From the NCBI GenBank assembly GCA_964521105.1, contig CAZFPO010000003.1:5012-69011 (forward strand): a stretch of DNA of 64,000 bases. Direction: 5' to 3'. This document shows, one piece after another, positions 56,001-64,000 of the stretch. Every line of letters begins with the position of its first letter. Positions within the stretch are counted from its first letter, which is position 1. The notes beneath the pieces are model-generated. The model searched no databases, was not told the origin of the DNA, and saw only the letters and a list, made by a program, of their open reading frames with translations. The position numbers and the translations under genes are program-made. The DNA is from an uncultured Lentimicrobiaceae bacterium. GTDB taxonomy: Bacteria > Bacteroidota > Bacteroidia > Bacteroidales > WCHB1-69.

Positions 56001-58028
56001 TATTAGAGGATATTTTCCGTAATTTGTGTATTCACTTGGATTATCAATACTTATGTCATATCCAATTCCAGACGCATGTCCAAAAAATGTCATGAGAGTA
56101 ACTCCGTTATTAATAATATTTTTAAGTGAGTCGGACTGATTTATTTGAATTGGCTCGGTGGTTGTTTTTTCAAACGTTTGAACTATTCCACCAAAAAGGG
56201 TATCTTCAATAATTGCTTTGTATTGATTTAAATATCCTAGTAACATTTGATGAAGTTCGTCTCCACTTCCTGCAAAATGCAAAATATTTTTCATCCATGG
56301 CTTAGGTGTTTGAATAGCAATTTCGTGCTCACGAACTTTGTTAAGGTAAAGCGTAACATGGTCTGGTGTTTTGGCACTTAGTCGACCGGTTGGAACTACT
56401 GGATAATATGAATTTGAATCGAAAATACCCGAAGTGAACATAACATCGGAAGGTGGAACGCCAAAAGTAGGCACCAATGTACGACTATACCAGGTAGCAG
56501 TTTTTCGATAAGTAGGCATTGAAGTAGAGTTTTCGGCTGAACGATAGGATTTTCCTATAATGAACAAATGCTTTGGGATATCGTTAAAGTTTGCAATTGC
56601 AAACCGCATAAAATTTCGGATAGAAAGAGGGTTTTTTCGAATGCCGTACGAAAACTGATCGTATAAATCGTCAATATCTACAACAATTGGAGTATATAGA
56701 GTAGGATATCCTGAAGTTCTTCGGTACTCTTTATATTGCTGTGCTTCGTTCCATAGCGAGCGATGTGTAACAATAATATAATCTGCCGTAGAATATTCAG
56801 GAGAAAGATAATTTATAAAAGACCCATCGCCATTAACAGGCGTTAATCCCGAAATTGATTTCATTTTTAAATCGGAAGTGATGAAAATTTCTTTTTCACT
56901 GCCATAATTTTGCATTAATGCCGTTATTTGAGTGCCATTTTTTACGGAATTTACACGAATTCCATTAGTTAAATCATAAATTCTAACTGAGTCGCCAGCA
57001 GCGGTTGCAATTCCGGTAGCTGTAATTTTCAATGTACTTTTTGGAAGCGCACCAAAGTTTGGTAAACTTAAAAGATAAGTATTTGTATTTTCGAGGGTTA
57101 ATGAATGAGGATAAATTATTTTAATAAATGAAATGGCTTGTCTATCCGATGAACTTCCAACATCATTTACCGAAGAAAAAACAAAAGAAGTATTGGAACT
57201 TCCTAAACTTTGAGGCGAAATTGTGCGATTAAACCGAAAGTGTTTATAGTCATAAAAAACAGAGTCGATAGAGTTTTCGGGAAAAATTACACGCAAATGA
57301 TGGGCCGGCTTAGAAACGCTAGCAACACCAAATTCTACTTTAGCCAATGGACCTGTCAAAAAAGCATTGGTTGTAGGAATAAGTTTAGTTTTTGATTGTC
57401 CGTTAGAGTATGCTGCATCCATCCAGCCTTCCCCATCGTCGTATTCGATACGAGCACCAGCACCTGCTGAATTTAGCATTCCTAAATAGTAGTTTGAATT
57501 ATAGTTTTGAACCGATGTAAACAAAAAGTATGGAACCTCATTATACGATGAAAAATTAGTGTTACTTTCGACAGCCATTCGTTTACCATTCAAATTTATT
57601 GACCATGTAATGTAGTACGAAGCAGTGTCGTTAAATAAGCTATAATACGGATTGGCTTGAAAATTTGGATTGGCATACAATGAGGCATCAAGCCAACCAT
57701 CGTTTCGTTTGCAATAAACTTCAATAAAGTCGCCCGGTTCTAAATATCCTTTATCTTCGCCCTTAATATAAATGGCAAGTTCTTGTCCACGTCCGAAAAT
57801 CTTTATACCTTTTGGATTATTTGTTTGTAACGAAATCCCAACTTGATTAAAACCAGCCTCAAGTGTTTCATACGGGATTTTATAAATACCGTCTTCGGTA
57901 ACTGAAAATCGAATATATTTTTGAGAATATTGTATCCATTCATTCCCAAAATTTTGCCCTTGCAATTTTTCAATATTTACATTTAGCAAAATTATTAGTA
58001 GGGTAAAAACAGATAAAAGTTTCTTCAT
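53013..58028 (-). CDS. C25-family cysteine peptidase, PorU-like T9SS sortase candidate (1671 aa) with C-terminal T9SS/FlgD-Ig-like domain
   Basis: Signal peptide. The N-terminal module reads NEWIQYSQKYIRFSVTEDGIYKIPYETL...NPKGIKIFGRGQE. Candidate catalytic His is in FFGHASGIG (codon 56076..56078) and Cys in GLSCFAGD (codon 55986..55988), 30 residues apart. The C-terminus reads NWPNPFS...GVYLYRI. Confidence 0.75.
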   Translation of the reverse strand: MKKLLSVFTLLIILLNVNIEKLQGQNFGNEWIQYSQKYIRFSVTEDGIYKIPYETLEAGFNQVGISLQTNNPKGIKIFGRGQELAIYIKGEDKGYLEPGDFIEVYCKRNDGWLDASLYANPNFQANPYYSLFNDTASYYITWSINLNGKRMAVESNTNFSSYNEVPYFLFTSVQNYNSNYYLGMLNSAGAGARIEYDDGEGWMDAAYSNGQSKTKLIPTTNAFLTGPLAKVEFGVASVSKPAHHLRVIFPENSIDSVFYDYKHFRFNRTISPQSLGSSNTSFVFSSVNDVGSSSDRQAISFIKIIYPHSLTLENTNTYLLSLPNFGALPKSTLKITATGIATAAGDSVRIYDLTNGIRVNSVKNGTQITALMQNYGSEKEIFITSDLKMKSISGLTPVNGDGSFINYLSPEYSTADYIIVTHRSLWNEAQQYKEYRRTSGYPTLYTPIVVDIDDLYDQFSYGIRKNPLSIRNFMRFAIANFNDIPKHLFIIGKSYRSAENSTSMPTYRKTATWYSRTLVPTFGVPPSDVMFTSGIFDSNSYYPVVPTGRLSAKTPDHVTLYLNKVREHEIAIQTPKPWMKNILHFAGSGDELHQMLLGYLNQYKAIIEDTLFGGIVQTFEKTTTEPIQINQSDSLKNIINNGVTLMTFFGHASGIGYDISIDNPSEYTNYGKYPLIIGLSCFAGDLFTSGVNYDRGSSSEEFVLIANKGTIAYLASVSSASDVYMNSYANMFYRNFGNLCYRKPLGYIIQQTIKNLEPLTWIKETSLDMTYHGDPAIVLNSFEKPDYVVEPNYISFNPTNITTEVDSFKVTIVSKNIARAINDSILVKVTRTFPNNISKDTLLRIKAPLFSDTIIIKLPVDRLNGIGNNSLRVSLDDYNEVDEYNENNNIAVIQFLVSSSDIIPVYPYKYAVIPDAQTTLKASTGSVFTTVGSYSFEIDTTDAFNSPFKKQFSVQSSGGIVEWALPFILTDSTVYYWRVEKTSTNNWRESSFQYINGKRGWGQAHFFQFKNDDYQFVKYNKPQRKFEFAQDIKALTAQTGYFGYGMPWTEIWFRVNGLVQDQWSCLSNTGNGMKIAVINPISGDFWLNPDSIGMRGQAICKSYPVPAADFQAVTPANKDSLLNYLNSIPNGYYVLAMSHRNHYAFDYPEALYQAFESFGSTQIRTLQWNNPYIIFGRKGVPIGDPSVVEAVAGNETQIIHLNAQYSTNWDEGSITSEIIGPALSWGSLHWRTQSIENPNTDEVSLRVIGINNSGEETVLIENLTTDTLDLYNLSDRIDVHQFPYLKLKLFAKDIVHTTPTQLVRWHVVFDPAPETAIDPSVAFSFSSENINQGDSVKLSISTRNIGSSNMDSLLVVFRVIKDNIPIRTIFKRLRTHPVSDILTANVSISSIDMIGYNTLQVEFNPNNDQVEMYHFNNIAEFYFNVNPDRINPIMDVTFDGVHILNNDIVSAKPQIQITLKDENQYLLLNSIQDTALFRVQIMAPGETEYKRIPFYDGVKTIMQFIPANNKNKSHIIYNASFAVDGTYKMMVEGMDKSGNLSGSNKYSISFEVINKSTITEVMNWPNPFSTSTKFVFTLTGSETPTYFKIQIMTISGKLVREIDLSELGNIHIGRNITDYAWDGKDEFGDQLANGVYLYRIITNIQGEQIEKKSTGASKYFVKEFGKMVLIR

Positions 58029-58038
58029 AATTATTTTT

Positions 58039-59172
58039 TTAGAATGAAGACGGTAATTTGGTATCGTTTGGTTTGTTTAAATTTAATCGTAAGGAAAAAA
58101 CATTTGAGTAAACAGCAATGGAATTATCGCCAATATCGCTTAGAGCATAATCGATAGAAAGCACTTTTTTAATAACAACTCCAACTCCAATATTAAACTG
58201 ATAAGACCAAAATTTATCTTTAACAAAATCTGATTCCTGCTGAATATTTCCAATTCCACCACGGATAAAGAATAAATCTTTGTAGCCAATTTCTAATCCC
58301 ATGTGAGGGTCAATACTAAACGGTTTTGATTTAATTAGTACATTTCTTTTTCCATCGGTCGTAACATCAAAGTCGAGGGCTACTAATGCCGAAATGTCCT
58401 TCGGTAAATTTACTTTCCGACTAGCTCCAAAAATAAATTTAGGCAAGGTAAATTCAATTGAATTGGAAGGTATTTCGTTACCTGTTTGAACAAAAACCTC
58501 AATCATTCGGTCGGATAAATCATAACTCCAAGCATTAAAAGTAGAAGTAACATCACGACCCATAACTCCAAAATTCCATTTTTTGTATGAATATTGAGCA
58601 CCAAAATCGAGTCCAAAACCCCATGATCCAGCAAAATCGCCAATAACTCGGCGAACAATTTTCACATTTCCGCCAACTTGCAATCCTTCAAATTTAGGAA
58701 TTTTTCGAGCATAGGAAAATAAAATTCCATAATCAGCAGCCGAAAAGGAAGTAATTCTATTATAATCAATATTTCCCTGATTATCAATTAATTCTGTCGT
58801 GTTTGGGATATCATCAACCGCAAATCGTATGACCGATAATGCACCGGCAGAATTTTCATCGAATTTTATAGCAAACGAACCATAATCGTATTTTGCAATT
58901 CCAGCAAAATATTCGGCATGCATCAACGATAATTGCCTATCGTTTGTCATTCCAATTAATCCCGAAGGGTTCCAATAACCGGCAGTTCCGTCGTTTACAA
59001 ACGAAACTTGAGTGTTAGACATAGCTAAGGCTCTTGCACCAACCCCAATACTTAAAAATTCGTTACTGTATTTTGGTGCTTGTGCATTGGTTTGAGTAGA
59101 TAAAATCGCAAATATTAGCAAAATGTACCACCTAAAATTTCTCATTTTCATCAGTATAGCTTTAATAAACAT
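58039..59172 (-). CDS. PorV/PorQ family outer-membrane beta-barrel protein
   Basis: Signal peptide. The N-terminal motif NEFLSIGVGARALAMSNTQVSFVNDGTAGYWNPSGL is typical of the PorV/PorQ family. It ends 10 nt upstream of the C25 peptidase gene. Alternative starts exist at 59151 and 59145. Confidence 0.7.
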   Translation of the reverse strand: MFIKAILMKMRNFRWYILLIFAILSTQTNAQAPKYSNEFLSIGVGARALAMSNTQVSFVNDGTAGYWNPSGLIGMTNDRQLSLMHAEYFAGIAKYDYGSFAIKFDENSAGALSVIRFAVDDIPNTTELIDNQGNIDYNRITSFSAADYGILFSYARKIPKFEGLQVGGNVKIVRRVIGDFAGSWGFGLDFGAQYSYKKWNFGVMGRDVTSTFNAWSYDLSDRMIEVFVQTGNEIPSNSIEFTLPKFIFGASRKVNLPKDISALVALDFDVTTDGKRNVLIKSKPFSIDPHMGLEIGYKDLFFIRGGIGNIQQESDFVKDKFWSYQFNIGVGVVIKKVLSIDYALSDIGDNSIAVYSNVFSLRLNLNKPNDTKLPSSF

Positions 59173-59190
59173 AATTGAGTAACGTTTTGT

Positions 59191-59688
59191 TCAATTATTT
59201 AGTGTTTTGTCGGGATCAATTTTATGAAAATTTGTTTTATTAATATTGCGTTTTTTTTGAAAAAAAGTTTTTAAAATTTGACTACACTCCTTTTCAAGTA
59301 CACCTTCACTCACAATTGTTTTAGGATGAAGCATTTGTGAATTTACTAATCGATATCCCCTTTTCGTATCAGAAGCTGCAAAAATCAACTCCGAAACTTG
59401 AGCCCAATGCATTGCTCCAGCACACATTGGACAGGGTTCAAGTGTTACATACACTTTACAATCTACTAAATATTTACCTCCCAGAGTATTTGCTGCCGAT
59501 GTAATTGCTTGCATCTCGGCATGTGCCGTAACGTCGTTTAAACATTCGGTTAAATTATGCGAACGTGCTATAATTCGATTGTTGTGAACTACCACACAAC
59601 CAACCGGCACTTCATCTTTTTCAAAAGCTTTAATTGCTTCTTTATAAGCCTCGTTCATAAAATATTCATCGGAAAAAATGGTCATCAT
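59191..59688 (-). CDS. tadA: tRNA adenosine(34) deaminase
   Basis: CDA zinc motifs HAEMQAI and PCPMCAGA. Confidence 0.9.
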   Translation of the reverse strand: MMTIFSDEYFMNEAYKEAIKAFEKDEVPVGCVVVHNNRIIARSHNLTECLNDVTAHAEMQAITSAANTLGGKYLVDCKVYVTLEPCPMCAGAMHWAQVSELIFAASDTKRGYRLVNSQMLHPKTIVSEGVLEKECSQILKTFFQKKRNINKTNFHKIDPDKTLNN

Positions 59689-62600
59689 ATTTTAATAAAT
59701 TTTTCGATGATTACTCTTACATCGTTTACTACTCGAATATAAAATACTCCTTTTTGTAAATGCGAAATTGGAATATTAATTGCCGACTCAATAGAAACTC
59801 CAACATAAACCAATTGCCCCATCGAATCGTATATTTCTATATCCGCACCAACTAAGTCGCTACCCGTAAGGTTTATTTTATCAATGGCTGGTTTTGGATA
59901 AATTTTAAAATCGTTGCTTACAAATACGGGGCGATTTGAAACAGTATTAGACAATGACATTGTTCGCCAGGTATTAACCATTGTGTAACAAGTGTCGGAT
60001 TTTAAAGCTCCAATGTAGTAAGTAGTAAAACCTTCTTTTTGGTCAGGATCGATATAAGAAGTAGAGGTAGCTGGCAAAATTGAAATTTGCTCAAATGGTT
60101 TGTTTTCATAAGAACGAAATACAACATACGCATTAGGAGTATAACCTTGATAAGGAGTCCACGAAATTTTCCATTTGTTTTGGTCGGTAAGCGATAAACT
60201 GGCAAACATTGTTTTATGTTTTTCACTTAATGGTGTTGTAAATCCACAAGTATCAACAATGCTTATTTGATACTCGGCAGAGCCATACTGAGCTACCGTG
60301 TGTGGGTCAATCCATACATTTCCCGATTGAGCTTTAACGGTAGTTTGTTTAACAATATCGCCAAATTTATTTTTCTTAAAAACATTTATAGAATCGAGCA
60401 CATGTGACGGTGGAATCACCCACTGAACAATATTTCGGTCGTAGTTTAGTTCATAACCAGCAATACAAATTTCGGCAGAAATTAATGCAGGAAGTGGCAC
60501 TAAATGTACATTTGCCGAAGCACTGCATTCTCCCGATTGATTGGTAGCAACAACAGTATACGTGATTTCGCCACCATAGCTAACAATTGGGTCAGCAATA
60601 TTTGGATTATTTAAGCCTATTTGTGGAGTCCATTCCCAATTTAACAAGCCAATATTAGGGTTATTAACACTAGGGCTTAATTGAATTTGTTCACCACAAT
60701 TAAGTTGTGTATTTTGTGGCAACGAAATTTGTAAGGGTATCACATTTACAACCACCGAATCGGTTCCTGTACAACCGTTTGGGTCGGTTACAATAACACT
60801 ATAAGTTGTTGTATCGGAAGGAAAAGCTGTAGGGTTTATTAATTCATTATTATTCAAACTTTCGGACGGACTCCATTGAAAACTTGTACCGGGTAACATA
60901 TTATTTACAACCACAGAAATTTGTGTTTGCTGTCCACAAAATATGGTGGTATCGTTGGATGCCGAAACCATAGTAGAACCTACATATACCCACATAGTGT
61001 CAAACGCTTCACATCCGTTTGGATTGGAAACTCGCACAACATATTGAACATTCGTTAAGGGCGTACAAATTGGGTTTGAAGTATCAGGATTTGATAAAAA
61101 AGTGGATGGAGTCCAATGATATGTAACATTTTCATCATTATTCAAATTTGTTTCGGCATGCAATTCAACAGGTGTTCCGCAGGTTGGAATTAAATCTCCC
61201 CCAGTGCTAACTATTAACGGATTTACTGTAATAACAACGGTGTCAACATCGTAGCAACCCGATTGAGTTTGCATTGAAAAATAATAAGTAGTGGTTTGGT
61301 TTGGAAATGGCTCTACTGCATCGGTGCTAAAACTTTGTAATCCTTGCGAATCGACCCACATATTATTTGAATTTGGATAATCATATCTCAAGAGTGTGCC
61401 ATTTAAACCAACAGCTATTCCATGTTTTTCATCGGTAAAAACAATCGATCTAATTTCTTGTTGTGTATTGCTTTTCATCGAATACCAATGGCTCCCACCA
61501 TCGATGCTTTTGAAAATTATTCCATTCGATCCGGTTAAATAAACCACATTATTACTTTGAAAATATACCGAAGTATAATTTTGCAGACTACCCGTTGAAA
61601 CTGCCTCCCAAGTTACACCGCCATTAACAGTTTTTAACAAGGTGCCATTATTTCCACAAATAAACCCAACTTGATCATTTAGCATGCAAACATCTCTTAA
61701 ATGTTCGGTTGTTATATTACCTATGGCACCAAAACTCCCCCCATCGTTTAATGATTTTAAAATTAAACCATCCTGGCCTGAAATATATATAGTTCCATTT
61801 GGAGCAAATGAAATTGAATTTAAATGTTTTTGATACCCAGTGTTAATTACTGTCCAGCTATTGCCGCCATCTATCGTTTTTAAAACATATCCGTTATCAC
61901 AGGCAGCCATTCCAAAATTTGTATTTCGGAATTTTATTTTATTAATATTTTGGTTGTTTCCGGTAAATAAATACTGCCATTGAAAACCGCCATTTTTACT
62001 TATTGCTAAAACTCCCGAATATCCACCTGCAACATACACACCGTTCGCGTTATGAGCCACACTTCGGAAAAGAGAGCCACTGCCATTGCCAATTTTATAA
62101 CGCTCAATTGTTTCGCCATTATTAAAGATTTTCATTAAGCTATCCCCATAAATTACTTGAACAGTATTTCCATCGGCTATTACCTGTTCAAGCAATTTTG
62201 TAGTGTTTGTTGTTACCATTTTCCACTCAAAATCGCCATATAACATAAACTCATCGGCACAAACAATAGTTCTATCTTCGTTTGCATAAACATTTGCTGG
62301 TAAAACTTGAATAAAAACCGAATCTTTTGCCAAACACCCATTGGATGTTGTTGCTTGCAATTTATACAAACCCGACGATGACGAAACAAAACCAGTATTT
62401 GCTTGCGATGGATTTTCAATTCCAGCAGAAGGCGTCCATTGATACGAAGGAAAAATGTTCATGTTTTTTAAAACAGCTCCCGAAGCACCCACTGCGAATG
62501 CTTTATTTTCATCTATGCAAAATATCCCATACAAATTTTGTGAAATCTGTTTTGGAATTGGATACCAGCTATCTCCCCCATTATAGGTGTAAATCATTAT

Positions 62601-63713
62601 GCCATTTGAGCCTACTGCATAAGCCGTAGAGCTATTTATAAAACTCATTCGATATAAATGTTCGGAGGTGTTCGTGTTTACTTTAACCCAGGTTTGACCA
62701 GCATTTGTTGTTTTCAACATCAATCCATACTCGCCGCAGGCAAATCCAATTTGTGAATTTGAAAAATAGACATCATAAAGGTTATTGTTTAGCGATAATT
62801 GATTATTTTGCCAAATTACACCAGAATTTGTCGTTTTCATTATAATACCTAAGTCGCATACTGCATATCCTGTATCCTGATTAGTAAAATGTAATCCATT
62901 AATTCGATTACTATTAGGAAGCGATATCGACCCCCATGAAGTTCCCCCATTAGATGTTTTAAAAATATAAGTGGTTGTTGAACCCGTTCCTCCTGCTGCA
63001 AACCCAAGCGTTGAATTAACAAAAAACATGTCGCGTATCGGCTGGGCATTCCCCGTTGATACATTTTGCCATGTGTAGCCAGCATTTGCTGTTCGGTATA
63101 TTATTCCATTATTTCCATAAACAAAACCAGTGTTTGTATTGAAGAAATAAGCACCTAATAAATCATACGTGCCTGGAGTTGATATATCCGTCCAAGAACT
63201 TCCGCCATCATTTGTTTTATAAACTTTTCCACCATATCCACTAACAAATCCACTGTCGGCATTTATAAAAGAAACTCCTTTTAAATCCATCACTCCAACT
63301 TGATTTAAAGGCTGCCACATGGTGTTTGGGAAAAGCATAATGGAGTTTCCACACGAGATAATTCTATCGGTTCCTGTTTCAATTTTTGGAGCAGAAACAA
63401 ATACTCGAATGGTATCTCTCATCACACAACCGCTTGGAGTTGTGGATGTAATAATATAATCGCGAGTGGAATTAGGGAAAACTTTTGGATTTCGAGTTTG
63501 ACTGTTCACCATCGAACTGGTGGGTGTCCATTGCCAAGTAGCCGAATCGGGATAAGCATAATTAGTTGAAGCAAACAAGGTTACGCTATCGCCACAAATT
63601 AAATTTTTATCGCTTCCAAGGTTTACTGACAATGTACTGCAATTTTGTGCCGAAACTACAAAAACAGCTATTTGAAAAAATAATAGAGTGAAAACGGAGG
63701 TGATTTTTTTCAT
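59685..63713 (-). CDS. T9SS-secreted protein with two BNR/Ycf48-like beta-propellers, Ig-like repeats and a type-A C-terminal sorting domain
   Basis: Signal peptide. Repeated Asp-box-like blades include KTNDGGSSW, RTANAGYTW, KTSNGGTSW, KTTNSGVIW, KTTNAGQTW, TYNGGDSW, then SKNGGFQW, KTIDGGNSW, KTVNGGVTW, KSIDGGSHW. Ig-like units resemble those in the 429..6449 protein. The C-terminus reads KIYPKPA...GVFYIRV. Confidence 0.8.
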   Translation of the reverse strand: MKKITSVFTLLFFQIAVFVVSAQNCSTLSVNLGSDKNLICGDSVTLFASTNYAYPDSATWQWTPTSSMVNSQTRNPKVFPNSTRDYIITSTTPSGCVMRDTIRVFVSAPKIETGTDRIISCGNSIMLFPNTMWQPLNQVGVMDLKGVSFINADSGFVSGYGGKVYKTNDGGSSWTDISTPGTYDLLGAYFFNTNTGFVYGNNGIIYRTANAGYTWQNVSTGNAQPIRDMFFVNSTLGFAAGGTGSTTTYIFKTSNGGTSWGSISLPNSNRINGLHFTNQDTGYAVCDLGIIMKTTNSGVIWQNNQLSLNNNLYDVYFSNSQIGFACGEYGLMLKTTNAGQTWVKVNTNTSEHLYRMSFINSSTAYAVGSNGIMIYTYNGGDSWYPIPKQISQNLYGIFCIDENKAFAVGASGAVLKNMNIFPSYQWTPSAGIENPSQANTGFVSSSSGLYKLQATTSNGCLAKDSVFIQVLPANVYANEDRTIVCADEFMLYGDFEWKMVTTNTTKLLEQVIADGNTVQVIYGDSLMKIFNNGETIERYKIGNGSGSLFRSVAHNANGVYVAGGYSGVLAISKNGGFQWQYLFTGNNQNINKIKFRNTNFGMAACDNGYVLKTIDGGNSWTVINTGYQKHLNSISFAPNGTIYISGQDGLILKSLNDGGSFGAIGNITTEHLRDVCMLNDQVGFICGNNGTLLKTVNGGVTWEAVSTGSLQNYTSVYFQSNNVVYLTGSNGIIFKSIDGGSHWYSMKSNTQQEIRSIVFTDEKHGIAVGLNGTLLRYDYPNSNNMWVDSQGLQSFSTDAVEPFPNQTTTYYFSMQTQSGCYDVDTVVITVNPLIVSTGGDLIPTCGTPVELHAETNLNNDENVTYHWTPSTFLSNPDTSNPICTPLTNVQYVVRVSNPNGCEAFDTMWVYVGSTMVSASNDTTIFCGQQTQISVVVNNMLPGTSFQWSPSESLNNNELINPTAFPSDTTTYSVIVTDPNGCTGTDSVVVNVIPLQISLPQNTQLNCGEQIQLSPSVNNPNIGLLNWEWTPQIGLNNPNIADPIVSYGGEITYTVVATNQSGECSASANVHLVPLPALISAEICIAGYELNYDRNIVQWVIPPSHVLDSINVFKKNKFGDIVKQTTVKAQSGNVWIDPHTVAQYGSAEYQISIVDTCGFTTPLSEKHKTMFASLSLTDQNKWKISWTPYQGYTPNAYVVFRSYENKPFEQISILPATSTSYIDPDQKEGFTTYYIGALKSDTCYTMVNTWRTMSLSNTVSNRPVFVSNDFKIYPKPAIDKINLTGSDLVGADIEIYDSMGQLVYVGVSIESAINIPISHLQKGVFYIRVVNDVRVIIEKFIKI

Positions 63714-63739
63714 AAATGTGAAATCGGTTAACTAAACCT

Positions 63740-63747
63740 CAAAAATA
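63740..63747 (-). promoter_or_regulatory. -7 box TATTTTTG (start of the 63713-to-51473 gene string)
   Basis: TAnnTTTG match 27 nt upstream of the ATG at 63713. Confidence 0.45.
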
Positions 63748-63760
63748 CAAAAAGCAATTG

Positions 63761-63801
63761 AAAAAATGAGATTGATTTTTAATATTTTCATTTCAATCTC
63801 A
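63761..63801 (-). terminator. terminator overlapping the mutS2 stop codon
   Basis: tgagattga (63767..63775) pairs with tcaatctca (63793..63801). T6 follows on the minus strand. Confidence 0.45.
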
Positions 63802-64000
63802 CTACCGTTATTCCATGCCCTCCCATTTCAATTTTTTCGTCTTCGAAATGCTCTACAAATGGATTTTTGGAAAGCAATTCGCGGATAACTTTACGCAAAA
63901 CACCCGTTCCTTTTCCATGTAAAATTTTTAGTTCTTTAAAGCCTAATTGAACCGCATCATCAATTAATTTTTCCGTTTCGTTTAAAGCATCTTCAGCTCT
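63788..64000 (-). CDS. mutS2: endonuclease MutS2, C-terminal Smr domain (partial; the 5' end lies beyond the window)
   Basis: Hand translation of the minus strand gives RAEDALNETEKLIDDAVQLGFKELKILHGKGTGVLRKVIRELLSKNPFVEHFEDEKIEMGGHGITVVRLK*. HGKGTGVLR is the Smr signature. It is absent from the ORF track because no start codon lies in the window. Confidence 0.8.
   Translation of the reverse strand, partial: RAEDALNETEKLIDDAVQLGFKELKILHGKGTGVLRKVIRELLSKNPFVEHFEDEKIEMGGHGITVVRLK

Overview
AT-rich Bacteroidota chromosome segment, identified by TAnnTTTG -7 promoter boxes, type IX secretion (T9SS) C-terminal sorting domains, and the DUF6089/uppS/bamA/skp and surE/lpxB neighbourhoods. It is densely coding and mostly core housekeeping. 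Recognisable genes are comEC, SpoIID-like, lpxB, surE, queD, mntP, tnaA, a tetR-tolC-MFP-RND efflux operon, prs, a TetR plus TonB-dependent receptor pair, panC/panD, buk/ptb, an M64 peptidase, two skp/ompH genes, bamA, uppS, ygiQ, an FKBP isomerase, an EnvC-like protein, deoC, tadA, the 3' end of mutS2, and three tRNAs (Leu-TAG, Leu-CAA, Lys-CTT). I found no CRISPR array, transposase, integrase, phage genes, or recognisable defence or toxin-antitoxin system, so no clearly new system can be claimed from sequence alone. The most unusual items are: (1) a tightly packed minus-strand gene string (63713 to 51473) containing an oversized C25-peptidase (PorU-like) protein and a PorV/PorQ-like barrel, placed next to a 1342-aa double-propeller T9SS cargo that overlaps tadA; (2) a 2006-aa T9SS cargo with three 7-repeat propeller blocks; (3) a duplicated tRNA-Leu 3' end plus terminator flanking a 101-bp unit bounded by inverted repeats; (4) a ~900-bp ORF-poor stretch (48436..49340) with locally GC-rich palindromes, one with a perfect 24-bp stem; (5) a second perfect 24-25-bp composite palindrome upstream of surE. 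Four proteins here carry T9SS-type C-terminal domains. All product calls rest on motifs read by eye. No database search was run.
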